From the IMG/VR virus record IMGVR_UViG_3300012147_001294: a DNA stretch of 64,000 nucleotides. One strand, written 5' to 3'. Positions 49,186-58,504 of the stretch are shown piece after piece (within the stretch, counting starts at the first letter, position 1; each line of letters starts with the position of its first letter). The notes under the pieces are model-generated. The model made no database searches, was not told the DNA's origin, and saw only the letters and a list, made by a program, of their open reading frames with translations. A program made the translations under genes and the position numbers. Source of the DNA: an uncultured virus (IMG/VR IMGVR_UViG_3300012147_001294). Its lineage: Duplodnaviria; Heunggongvirae; Uroviricota; Caudoviricetes.

Positions 49186-50868
49186 ATGAAAAAAAAGACA
49201 ATAGAAGATTTTATTTTAGAATCAAATAAAATACATAACAGTAAATATGATTATACTAATTCAGTTTATATAGATAATAACACTAAACTTAAGATAATAT
49301 GTAGTGAGCATGGTGAATTTGAACAGAAACCTAATAAACACATTTGTAATAAACAAGGTTGTCCAAAATGTGGTTCAAGTAAAACTAGTGATAAACAGAA
49401 GAACACAATCGAATTCTTTATTCAAAAGGCTAATGAGGTACATAGTGATAAATATGATTACTCAAAGGTTATATATAAGAACACTAAAACTAAGGTTATA
49501 ATAATTTGTCCTATCCATGGTGAATTCGAACAAACGCCAGATAATCATTTATCTGGTAGAGGATGTATGTACTGTGGTGGTACAATTAAAATGGATGGAA
49601 AGTTATTTATATCTAAAGCTCAAAAAATACATAACAATAAATACGATTATTCAAAAGTTGTTTATACTAATTCTAGAACTAAAGTCACTATAATTTGTGC
49701 TATTCATGGTGAATTCGAACAAACACCAAATAACCATCTATCCAAAGAGCAAGGTTGTTTTGAATGTTTAGGTAAAATATACAATACCGACACTTTTAAA
49801 ACTATATGTAGTATAGTTCATAATAATAAATATGATTACTCAAAAGTAATCTACAATAACTCTCAGGGTGAAGTCGAAATAATTTGTCCTATTCATGGTG
49901 AATTTAATCAAAGGGTTGATTCACATAGACAAGGAAATGGTTGTATTAAATGTTCAAATAATGGTACATCGTCTCATGAAATTGAAATAAAGACTTTTAT
50001 AAAATCACTTGACGTTAAAATTATAGAGAATACTAGAAAAATAATAAAATCATTTGAATTAGATATTTATTTACCAGACCATAAAATAGCTATTGAATAT
50101 AATGGGTTATATTGGCATTCCGAAATATATAAAGATAAAAATTACCACCTCAATAAAACACAATTATGTTCAGAACAAGATATTCAATTAATACACATAT
50201 TTGAGGATGAATGGTTAAATAAACAAGATATTGTTAAATCTAGACTTAAAAATATTCTTGGTTTAACACAAAAAAGAGTTTATGGTAGAAAATGTGAAAT
50301 AAAAGAGGTATCAACAAAACAAGTCAGAGAATTTTTAATTAATAATCATTTACAAGGATATAGTAATTCAAGTATTAGGTTAGGGTTATATTATGAAAAC
50401 AAGTTAGTTTCTTTAATGACTTTTGGTAATTTAAGAAAGATTTTAGGTCAAAATAAAAAAGAAAACTCATATGAATTACTTAGATTTGTCAATGAGTTAG
50501 ATACGAGTGTAATTGGTGGGGCCGATAAATTATTTAAATATTTTATAAAAAATTATAACCCAAAAGAAGTTATTAGTTATGCCGATAAACGATGGAGTGT
50601 TGGTAATTTATATGAAAAATTAGGTTTTGAATTTATTCATGACTCGAAACCTAGCTATTTTTATATTATAAATAAAGAAAGGAAATATAGGTTTAATTAC
50701 CGAAAAGATTTGTTAGTTAAAGATGGTTATGATAAAACCAAGTCAGAACATGACATAATGTTAGAAAGAGGTATTTATCGAATTTATGACTCTGGTAATA
50801 AAAAATATATTTTAAAATTTTTTACTATTTTGTTTATATGTTTACAACAATCATATCTGATGTTGTAA
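49186..50868 (+). CDS. free-standing homing endonuclease-like protein (DUF723-like zinc repeats + PD-(D/E)XK/Hef-like domain)
   Basis: Four H..KYDYSKV.Y....KV.IIC..HGEF.Q....H....GC..C repeats; ELDIYLPDHKIAIEYNGLYWH; RIYDSG; antisense insertion in the baseplate operon. Confidence 0.8.
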   Translation: MKKKTIEDFILESNKIHNSKYDYTNSVYIDNNTKLKIICSEHGEFEQKPNKHICNKQGCPKCGSSKTSDKQKNTIEFFIQKANEVHSDKYDYSKVIYKNTKTKVIIICPIHGEFEQTPDNHLSGRGCMYCGGTIKMDGKLFISKAQKIHNNKYDYSKVVYTNSRTKVTIICAIHGEFEQTPNNHLSKEQGCFECLGKIYNTDTFKTICSIVHNNKYDYSKVIYNNSQGEVEIICPIHGEFNQRVDSHRQGNGCIKCSNNGTSSHEIEIKTFIKSLDVKIIENTRKIIKSFELDIYLPDHKIAIEYNGLYWHSEIYKDKNYHLNKTQLCSEQDIQLIHIFEDEWLNKQDIVKSRLKNILGLTQKRVYGRKCEIKEVSTKQVREFLINNHLQGYSNSSIRLGLYYENKLVSLMTFGNLRKILGQNKKENSYELLRFVNELDTSVIGGADKLFKYFIKNYNPKEVISYADKRWSVGNLYEKLGFEFIHDSKPSYFYIINKERKYRFNYRKDLLVKDGYDKTKSEHDIMLERGIYRIYDSGNKKYILKFFTILFICLQQSYLML

Positions 50869-51214
50869 ATACATCGTCTGTTATTGAATATCTTATTGTT
50901 AGTGTTGCCGCATGGTCACTTTCTTCTGATTCAACAATTGAAAGTTCATCAATTGTCAATTGGGGGAAATATGCTTTTATTACGTTGTGGATTTCTTCTT
51001 TAATTCCGCTCATTGTTAATTCGTCATTTGGTTCGAATATAAACTTCATTAAATCTGTACCAAAATCTGGTTTATAAAGTCTTTGACCTCTTCTAGTAAG
51101 AATTAGATGTAGTAGGTCAGCTTTTACTGCTTGGGTATCATTATCATTCAAAGCCAAAAAATGTCCTTTATCGCTATCTTTAAACGGGTAGTTTATATTT
51201 ATAAATCTTGCCAT
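50834..51214 (-). CDS. baseplate wedge protein (T4 gp25-like)
   Basis: LLHLILTRRGQRLYKPDFGTDLMKFIFEP. Confidence 0.9.
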   Translation of the reverse strand: MARFININYPFKDSDKGHFLALNDNDTQAVKADLLHLILTRRGQRLYKPDFGTDLMKFIFEPNDELTMSGIKEEIHNVIKAYFPQLTIDELSIVESEESDHAATLTIRYSITDDVFTTSDMIVVNI

Positions 51215-51228
51215 ATTATTCTTTAATT

Positions 51229-51236
51229 TATAAATA
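51229..51236 (-). promoter_or_regulatory. putative late promoter TATTTATA
   Basis: 14 nt upstream of the gp25-like ATG. Confidence 0.6.
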
Positions 51237-51275
51237 TAATAACATTTAATTTTTATAAGTAAATATAGGAATTAA

Positions 51276-51301
51276 AAAAGGGAGCCAATTGGTTCCCTTT
51301 T
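51276..51301 (-). terminator. intrinsic terminator after the nrdA cluster
   Basis: aaaagggagcc-aatt-ggttccctttt. Confidence 0.8.
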
Positions 51302-51316
51302 ACTTTTTGTTTTATT

Positions 51317-51934
51317 TTACGTAGAACAACCTTCACACTCAAATTGACTTTCTGTCGGTTTTTCTGGTTGTTTTACTTTACTCATGTCAATAGCTAAGTG
51401 TTTAGCTTTCATTTCAACTGGTTGACTTCTTAAATAGTATTGTCCAGTTTTTAACCCTAATCTCCAAGCTAGAAAATGTGCTGTTGTTAATTTACCTACC
51501 GTTGGAGTAGCGAAGAATAAATTTAAACTCTGTGATTGGTCAATAAATGGACCTCTTTCAGCTGACATTTCTATTAAAGATTTTTGTGACAACTCCCAAA
51601 CTGTTTTGTAAATGTCTTTTAAATCTTGACTAATTGCTGAAATATTTTGAACACTTCCTTCACTTTTAATTAATTCTTGTAAAATATCTCTATTCCATAA
51701 TCCTTCAGCTTCTAAGTCCCTTACTAGATGTTTATTTACCATCGCAAATTCACCACCAGTTACTTTTCTAACATAAAGATTTGACGTAAATGGTTCAAAT
51801 GCTTCGTTTGCCCCAATTACTCTAGCTGAGTTATGACTAACACAACCGTTTTCCATTATATAATGATTTACATTAGGTACTTCAATATCCCATGTTGGTT
51901 TTACTTCTCCTTTAGATATTTTTTTTATTTTCAT
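51317..51934 (-). CDS. nrdA: ribonucleotide reductase alpha, fragment 3 (IntC2 + C-terminal extein)
   Basis: Intein C-part ...VSHN then SARVIGANEAFEP, IDQSQSLN, GLKTGQYYLRS, terminal CEGCST. Confidence 0.92.
   Translation of the reverse strand: MKIKKISKGEVKPTWDIEVPNVNHYIMENGCVSHNSARVIGANEAFEPFTSNLYVRKVTGGEFAMVNKHLVRDLEAEGLWNRDILQELIKSEGSVQNISAISQDLKDIYKTVWELSQKSLIEMSAERGPFIDQSQSLNLFFATPTVGKLTTAHFLAWRLGLKTGQYYLRSQPVEMKAKHLAIDMSKVKQPEKPTESQFECEGCST
51830..51934 (-). mobile_element. split intein 2, C-part (35 aa)
   Basis: MKIKKISK...WDIEV...GCVSHN, +1 Ser. Confidence 0.92.
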
Positions 51935-51987
51935 TTTTTTTTTCTTAATTTATTAATATTTTTTATTTGATAACAAAACATCGAGGG

Positions 51988-52971
51988 TTATTCGAAAATA
52001 TTTAAAATATCGTCATCTAATAAGAGGTCTTTAACTTCAACCCAAGTTTCTTGACCATCTCTATTTACCTTAAACTTATGGTTTGGTGTTGCCTCAAAAA
52101 TAGAACCATCTTCCATTTCTATTTTGTACACTTCTGAATACGCATTGTATTTAATTTTATCAACTTCTTCGTAACCATTAGTGGTTTTTACATTAAAAGG
52201 TTTTAATGGTAACCATTGTTGTAAATTGTTGTCCTCTAAAGCTGACCAATCGATATTATTTTCTTCCAATATATCTTTAAAGGATTTAACACCGTTTTCG
52301 GTTTGTATTCTAGTTCCAATAACTTGACAACTAGCAGTTGGTGGTGCTGTTGTTACTAAAGAATTTCTAACACCATATTTAATTATGTCTTCTCTTAATT
52401 GTTTCCAATCATGAAGACCAGATAAATCTTCTTCATTTATTCCCCACATTTCCCATTGGAAAACACCCTCAGAAATAGGTGAACCTTCATACCCATGATA
52501 TTTTAAACCACTTGATTTAGCTAAATTACAAGATTCCTTAAGTGCATTATAATAAATGGTTTCAAAAATGTTTTTATTTAATTTCCTTGCACTTTCTGAA
52601 GTAAAAGGAAGTTTTAATATCGCATATGTGTCGGCTAATCCTTGAATACCAATTCCTAATGCTCTTTGCTCTAAACCACCTTTTCTACCTTCTTTTGTAG
52701 AATATTCATTGACCTCAATTGCGATATTAAGTGATTTAGTTATTGAACGAGCAACCCTTCCTAACTCAATAAAGTCATATTTACCATCTTTAATAAATTT
52801 ATGTACTGGGATACTTGTAAGCGTACAAATCGCAGTTGTCTGATAATCAGTCGATTCCATAATTTCTGCACAATTATGTACTAAGATACCGTTCCCAAAG
52901 AAATTACTATTACCTTCAACTGTAATGTCATACACCTTTTTATTTTCTTTTAATTTTTCTATTTTTATCAT
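51988..52971 (-). CDS. nrdA: ribonucleotide reductase alpha, fragment 2 (IntC1 + extein + IntN2)
   Basis: HN/CAEI, TAICTLTS, RALGIGIQGLAD, GVRNS..APPTAS/C. Confidence 0.92.
   Translation of the reverse strand: MIKIEKLKENKKVYDITVEGNSNFFGNGILVHNCAEIMESTDYQTTAICTLTSIPVHKFIKDGKYDFIELGRVARSITKSLNIAIEVNEYSTKEGRKGGLEQRALGIGIQGLADTYAILKLPFTSESARKLNKNIFETIYYNALKESCNLAKSSGLKYHGYEGSPISEGVFQWEMWGINEEDLSGLHDWKQLREDIIKYGVRNSLVTTAPPTASCQVIGTRIQTENGVKSFKDILEENNIDWSALEDNNLQQWLPLKPFNVKTTNGYEEVDKIKYNAYSEVYKIEMEDGSIFEATPNHKFKVNRDGQETWVEVKDLLLDDDILNIFE
51991..52329 (-). mobile_element. split intein 2, N-part (113 aa)
   Basis: CQVIGTRIQT...EATPNHKF (block B)...DLLLDDDI then stop. Confidence 0.9.
52873..52971 (-). 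mobile_element. split intein 1, C-part (33 aa)
   Basis: MIKIEK...VYDITVEGNSNFFGNGILVHN, +1 Cys. Confidence 0.93.
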
Positions 52972-52972
52972 T

Positions 52973-54559
52973 TTACGTTTTTGTATTTAATATTTCTAAT
53001 ACATCAGTCTCAACTAAATCTTTAGCTAACACATATCCTCTATTTTTTGTGAATATTTGGTGTTCTGGTGTGCAAATAATATGTTTACCAGTTTCCTCAT
53101 CAGTTATCTTTAAAACATCAGCTGACTCATTCATTAAGGCAGCATTTGTTATCTTTTTATATTCTGGTTTATTTGTTTCAATATTATAACTTAATACTTC
53201 TATACCGTGTTCTACATTAAAATCGTTAACAACATCGGAAATATTAAAATCAACTTCCTTACCATGATATTTTGTTTTAATAATTGTTTCACCATCAACA
53301 CACAAATTACTTGAATGAATCATACCAACGTTTTTTTGGTTCGATTTTTTATTAGCATGGTCTTTGTGACACATGTAAGGCATACCAGTCTCAATTTGGG
53401 CTTCTAATATTTTTAACCATAAATCATAAGCTTTTATCTTGGTTCCAATACCTAAAGCCACAGCTTTGTCGTATTCTTCTTCAAATTCAACACCATATAT
53501 TTCATAAAATGGTTTTAGACCAGCTTCTTTTATGTCATCTGGGCAAAATAGATACCAATCTCCTCCAGATTCAACTGCTCTCATGAAATTATCTGTATTC
53601 CATAAGGCCGAAAATAAATCTCTGGCCCTCATTGTTTCATCACCTGTTTTTTTTCTAATATCTAAAACATCAAATACATCTTTATGCCATGGTTCGATGT
53701 AGATTGCACAGGAACCTGGTCGTTTACCACGTTGATTCCAAAACCTAAGTGTTTCATTAACAATTTTTAAATATTTCAAAATACCACCAGCTTTTCCGTT
53801 AGATTTACCAACGTTACTTTCTTTAGAACGCATGTTAGAAACAGCTAATCCGATACCCTCTGCCTTTGACGATGAAATTGCAATTCTAGATAAAATATTT
53901 AATAAACCATCAGTTGAATCCTCTGGAATTATTGATAAGTTACATGATGCAATTTGTCCAATTGTGGTACCAATGTTAATTTTTAAAGGTGTTGCTGGAC
54001 TTTCTTTTTGAAAGCTTAAATCATCATACTTCTCTAAAAAGTCTTCTGGTGTTCCCGTTATCATTAAAGCAACCCTAACATATAAGTGTTGTGGTCGTTC
54101 AACGATTGAACCGTTTTTCAATTTTAGAAGATAAATATCTTTTAAAGAACACCACCCAAAATAATCAAAATGAAAATCTCTTTTATAATCAATTGCTGAC
54201 TCAATTAATTCGATATTATCTTTTACTTTATTGAAGTAAACCTCACTTAATAGACCAGCGTTATACATCTTTTTAGTCGCTTTCATAAACGATTCCTCAG
54301 TTTCCTTATGAAGTTTAGTTATTGAAATATTAGCGGCTAATATTGAGTAATCTGGATGATTCATTGCTAAAGATTCGGCCACAACAGAAATTAAGTCATC
54401 TAATTGATTAGTTGTCATTAAATCCGCAATACCTTGTGTTACTTTAATAAATACATCATCCGCATTTACTTTTAATCCTTCTGATTGTTTTTTAATTCTT
54501 GTTAGAATTTTATTCGGGTTAAAATCAATCTTATTCCCGTTTCTTTTAATTACTTGCAT
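52973..54559 (-). CDS. nrdA: ribonucleotide reductase alpha, fragment 1 (ATP cone + extein + IntN1)
   Basis: VIKRNG ATP cone, ERPQHLY, QIASC, NQRGKRPGS, ETGMPY, SSNL/C. Confidence 0.93.
   Translation of the reverse strand: MQVIKRNGNKIDFNPNKILTRIKKQSEGLKVNADDVFIKVTQGIADLMTTNQLDDLISVVAESLAMNHPDYSILAANISITKLHKETEESFMKATKKMYNAGLLSEVYFNKVKDNIELIESAIDYKRDFHFDYFGWCSLKDIYLLKLKNGSIVERPQHLYVRVALMITGTPEDFLEKYDDLSFQKESPATPLKINIGTTIGQIASCNLSIIPEDSTDGLLNILSRIAISSSKAEGIGLAVSNMRSKESNVGKSNGKAGGILKYLKIVNETLRFWNQRGKRPGSCAIYIEPWHKDVFDVLDIRKKTGDETMRARDLFSALWNTDNFMRAVESGGDWYLFCPDDIKEAGLKPFYEIYGVEFEEEYDKAVALGIGTKIKAYDLWLKILEAQIETGMPYMCHKDHANKKSNQKNVGMIHSSNLCVDGETIIKTKYHGKEVDFNISDVVNDFNVEHGIEVLSYNIETNKPEYKKITNAALMNESADVLKITDEETGKHIICTPEHQIFTKNRGYVLAKDLVETDVLEILNTKT
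52976..53302 (-). mobile_element. split intein 1, N-part (109 aa)
   Basis: CVDGET...ICTPEHQIFTKNRGYVLAKDL then stop. Confidence 0.93.
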
Positions 54560-54570
54560 ATTTTTTTTTA

Positions 54571-55548
54571 TTAAATTTCTTCATCAAATGAAATAGGTCC
54601 ACTTAAATCAGCTGATTTGTACTCTGTTGAACGACCTTCAAAAAAGTTTTGTTTTGTTTTTAAAGCAATTTGGTTCATAAATTCAAATGGGTTTTTAGTG
54701 TTAAAAACTTTGTCGCATTCAAGTTGAACCAATAAACCATCAACAACAAATTCTAAATATCTTTTCATTAATTCAGAATTCATACCAATAAGAGAAACTG
54801 GTAAAGATTCGGTAATAAACTCTTTTTCAATTTCTAATGCTGACAAGAAAATTTCTTTAATTCTTTCGTTAGATGGTTTGTTTACGATGTGATTATTCAA
54901 TAAGTGAATAGCAAAATCACAATGTAGTGCTTCATCTCTTGAAATGAATGCGTTGCTATCACATAATCCAGGCATCAAACCTCTTGATTTCAAATAAAAT
55001 ATACTACAAAAAGAACCACTGAAAAATATTCCTTCAACAGCAGCAAAAGCCACCAATCTTTCAGCAAATGATTCGGATTCAATCCATTTTAAAGCCCAAT
55101 CAGCCTTCTTCTTGACTGGTTCCATATATTCTATCGCCTTAAAGCATTCATTTCGCTCTTTGGTGTCTTTGATGTACGTATCAATCAATAGTGAATACAT
55201 ATTACTGTGTATATTTTCCATCATAATTTGAAAACCATAAAAGAATGATGCTTCAGTATACTGAACTTCTTTTAAAAAATTTTCTGCCAAGTTTTCATTT
55301 ACGATACCATCTGAGGCAGCAAAAAAAGCTAATACGTTTTTAATGAAAAACCTTTCATTTTCAGTTAATTTATTATTCCAATCGTCAATATCTTTAGATA
55401 AATCAACTTCTTTTACCGTCCACATTGATTCTAAAGATATTTCATAATATTTCCAAATATCTTCATGTTCAATTGGGAAAATAACAAAACGGTCCGAATT
55501 TTTAACTAAGATTGGTTCTATTTCTTCTACTCCACTAATATTACTCAT
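54571..55548 (-). CDS. nrdB: ribonucleotide reductase class Ia beta subunit
   Basis: [38 protein letters not shown]. Confidence 0.95.
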   Translation of the reverse strand: MSNISGVEEIEPILVKNSDRFVIFPIEHEDIWKYYEISLESMWTVKEVDLSKDIDDWNNKLTENERFFIKNVLAFFAASDGIVNENLAENFLKEVQYTEASFFYGFQIMMENIHSNMYSLLIDTYIKDTKERNECFKAIEYMEPVKKKADWALKWIESESFAERLVAFAAVEGIFFSGSFCSIFYLKSRGLMPGLCDSNAFISRDEALHCDFAIHLLNNHIVNKPSNERIKEIFLSALEIEKEFITESLPVSLIGMNSELMKRYLEFVVDGLLVQLECDKVFNTKNPFEFMNQIALKTKQNFFEGRSTEYKSADLSGPISFDEEI

Positions 55549-55577
55549 TTTTTGTTTGTTTGTTTGTTTTTATTTAT

Positions 55578-56078
55578 TTATACTGGGACTATTAACCCCT
55601 CCATTACTTCGGTCTTTGTTTTTTGTGCCTTAGCCGCTGCAAATAATGTATTAACTCTTAATTGCTGTTTTACACTTTTATCTTCAGTATGCTCTTTTTT
55701 TGTCCTAGCACCTTTACTTTCACCCATATCGATTTGAATCCTTGAATTATCAAATTTAATATCCTGAAATATAACACCATCTTTACCAAAACGAGATTTA
55801 AGTATTGCCATAGTTGCTGTACCATCATCTTTTTGGTCTAAAGTTTTAGCGATTGACACGATAAAGTGACCAATCTGACCTTTTTTAATAGAACCACCCA
55901 TTTGGTTTGCTTCCACCACTTCTGCTGAAAGAGAACTATTGTGTGTATAGATATCATTAGCGTAAAACATATGTGTTTCCTCTACTGTTATATCAATGGT
56001 GTCCTCTTCTCCGATTAATTCTATTGATTCAATTTCATCTAACTCAAAATCGTCTAAGTTTAAATTGTGTTCTATCAT
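55578..56078 (-). CDS. dnaB: replicative helicase, C-terminal fragment (IntC + extein)
   Basis: ...YANDIYTHN/SSLSAEVV, MGGSIKKGQIGHFI, ILKSRFG. Confidence 0.9.
   Translation of the reverse strand: MIEHNLNLDDFELDEIESIELIGEEDTIDITVEETHMFYANDIYTHNSSLSAEVVEANQMGGSIKKGQIGHFIVSIAKTLDQKDDGTATMAILKSRFGKDGVIFQDIKFDNSRIQIDMGESKGARTKKEHTEDKSVKQQLRVNTLFAAAKAQKTKTEVMEGLIVPV
55938..56078 (-). mobile_element. split intein 3, C-part (47 aa, acidic)
   Basis: DEIESIE..GEEDTIDITV...FYANDIYTHN, +1 Ser. Confidence 0.92.
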
Positions 56079-56141
56079 TTATTTTTTTTTAACTCCATAA
56101 TCCTTACTAATTAAATAGTAACAGAAATAGAAATATTTACA

Positions 56142-58463
56142 CTATTTTTTAGTTAATAATTTATCACCAACACTTAACCCAGTAGATATTGACCTTAATT
56201 TACCACATTTAACTGGGAATTCATGTTTACTAGAAACAAATATTTCCTTACCAGACTTTAATTTAATTTTATAAACTGGTTGTTTTTCTATTGGAAAAAC
56301 AGTAGTAATTTTTTTATACCCATCATTTGTTAATATTTCATCACCCTCAATAACATTCTTTATTTCTGTTTTACCCAACCTAATTATTTGAACCTCAGTA
56401 TCTATTCGCACGCAACGATTTCCTTGAACCGCTGTCCAACCAGCCATATCTAGTTCAGATAACAACGTCTCAAATTGTCTCATTACACTTCCTTCACCAG
56501 CGTTTATATCATCAAATTTTCTTGATGGTTCAACGCAATCTATGTAGTCTAATAAGATTAAGTCTGGTCTAAACCCTTGTGCGATTAATTTTCGGATATA
56601 TTGTCTAATCATAGGTATTGTTGTCCCATCGCTTGAAAATTTTACTAATCTTAAATCACCTAGCTTTTGTTTTTCAGCGACAATCGTCATAACTTCATCA
56701 TGATGTGACGACAAATCATTTAGAGGGATGCCTGTCCAACAAGATAAGTGTTTTCTTTGAATAACTTTTGGGTTATCTTCGAAAAATATTTGTAAAACAT
56801 TATAACCATCATTAGCTCCAGTATTCGCTATTTTTGTCATCATTGTTGTATTATGTGTGACGATAAAATCGTCTGTAACATATAAATGCTCTGGGTCATC
56901 AACCATAATACATTTAGCTTCTTCATCATGTGAATATTCAATACTTTCTATGAACTTATTGTCAGAGTGGTTATCGTTATTAACCACTCTGACTAACTTA
57001 CTGTTTAATTTAAATGGAACTACACCATTTTCTTTAGGAAATGAAATAACTAATCTATAAGTTAATTCCCCTACTTTATTAGAAACTAAACAAGAACCAC
57101 CCAAAGATAGAACTAATTCTTTAACGTCATCACATAGCTGTTTAGAAACGGTATTATATCCAACACTACCATCTTTTCCAACACTACCATCGTTATCTAA
57201 TAACCCTTGTAGAATCTCTTGTCTATTGTTAATTGAGTTATATAGATATTCTTTAGGTATAAATTTATTATTAGATGACGAATCAAATAACCCAAGTTTT
57301 TTTATTACATCGGTGATTTGATTTATGGTTACGATAACATCATCTTTATACATTTCAACACCGTATGTTGAATCACCACTCATACTTTGTTTAATGTATT
57401 CTATCAGTTCAAAATCTTTAGTTACTATTATAGAAGACTTGAAGTATTCATCACCTATTAATAACCCCAAAAGGTATGGGTTTAACGGTAATTCTTTTTC
57501 GTCAAAAATAACTGGTTTAACTGTTGGAATCTTATAGTTAAACTCACCTTTAGGGTCAGAATTTAACTTTTCAATAATATCACTGGTTTTCATAACAGTA
57601 AAATCATCGTTTGGGTCCAATTTAGTTTGTTGATTAACTGACCATAAGTGTTCTTTATCACACATTGTTGATGTTCCATCATTAAACTTTACTTGGTAAA
57701 TTGGTCTGATACCTTGTGGGTAAACCCCAGTAACATTTGTTTGTCTACCTAACCTATTAATTACCCTATCACCAACTTTAATATCACCCATTAAACAATA
57801 ACCACTTGGAGTATAAATTTTACTCGAAACACCTTGTGCTTTACCAACACCAAATGGTGCTAATATAACACCTAATTCACCTTTGGATAGACCACCATCC
57901 ATTATTTCGTCTAACCCAGAAATACCAGTTGGTATTGGTTTCCTAAAATCAACATCTAAAACACTACTTATGTTGTCATAGACACTCATTCCTTGGTCTT
58001 TGTTATCACCAACTTCGAGTGATTTTCTTAACATAGCTTCGATTTGGTCGAAATTATCCAATCCACCACTTTTATTTAGTTTTTCAACATTCACTAAAGT
58101 CTTCAACATGTCTTGCTGTTTACAAAACCTCATAGCCATGTCTTGGACTTTTAATGTATCATTTAAATCGGCTTCTTGTATTTTTCTAAGTTGTGCAATG
58201 ACGTATTTTTGTTGTATATCGTCTTTAACTTCTTCTAATAATCTAAATTGTAGACTACCAATATCTGGTACTATGTTATCAATTCTATGTGCATCTTTAA
58301 TTGTAGCAACAATTATTTTCAAATACGAGTCAGCAAAATAATTTGGGTCAACGATATCTAAAATAGATTCACTAAATTTTCTATCCGTTATAAATTGTGC
58401 AATTAGTCTAATTTGATAATCGTAACCTAAATAACCAAAACTATCTCTATCTAACACCGCCAT
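56142..58463 (-). CDS. dnaB: replicative DnaB/gp41-like helicase, N-terminal fragment with two inteins
   Basis: IPTGISGLD, LAPFGVGK/TT, FFED, LDYID, WTAVQGNR/C. Confidence 0.92.
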   Translation of the reverse strand: MAVLDRDSFGYLGYDYQIRLIAQFITDRKFSESILDIVDPNYFADSYLKIIVATIKDAHRIDNIVPDIGSLQFRLLEEVKDDIQQKYVIAQLRKIQEADLNDTLKVQDMAMRFCKQQDMLKTLVNVEKLNKSGGLDNFDQIEAMLRKSLEVGDNKDQGMSVYDNISSVLDVDFRKPIPTGISGLDEIMDGGLSKGELGVILAPFGVGKAQGVSSKIYTPSGYCLMGDIKVGDRVINRLGRQTNVTGVYPQGIRPIYQVKFNDGTSTMCDKEHLWSVNQQTKLDPNDDFTVMKTSDIIEKLNSDPKGEFNYKIPTVKPVIFDEKELPLNPYLLGLLIGDEYFKSSIIVTKDFELIEYIKQSMSGDSTYGVEMYKDDVIVTINQITDVIKKLGLFDSSSNNKFIPKEYLYNSINNRQEILQGLLDNDGSVGKDGSVGYNTVSKQLCDDVKELVLSLGGSCLVSNKVGELTYRLVISFPKENGVVPFKLNSKLVRVVNNDNHSDNKFIESIEYSHDEEAKCIMVDDPEHLYVTDDFIVTHNTTMMTKIANTGANDGYNVLQIFFEDNPKVIQRKHLSCWTGIPLNDLSSHHDEVMTIVAEKQKLGDLRLVKFSSDGTTIPMIRQYIRKLIAQGFRPDLILLDYIDCVEPSRKFDDINAGEGSVMRQFETLLSELDMAGWTAVQGNRCVRIDTEVQIIRLGKTEIKNVIEGDEILTNDGYKKITTVFPIEKQPVYKIKLKSGKEIFVSSKHEFPVKCGKLRSISTGLSVGDKLLTKK
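56145..56414 (-). mobile_element. split intein 3, N-part (90 aa, basic)
   Basis: CVRIDT...VSSKHEFP...GLSVGDKL then stop. Confidence 0.92.
56850..57839 (-). mobile_element. contiguous class 3 intein (330 aa) with LAGLIDADG domain in DnaB Walker A
   Basis: Starts with Ala; EHLW, AKCIMV, VTHN/T; LLGLLIGDE and LQGLLDNDG motifs. Confidence 0.9.
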
Positions 58464-58504
58464 TTATCATTTTTTTAATTATTAATTCAAACTTTGATAT
58501 AAAT

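Noticed and set aside
51935..52972. Self-splicing introns as the explanation for the nrdA breaks
   Set aside because: The gaps are 1 and 53 nt, too short for group I/II introns, and the ORF ends carry clear intein blocks
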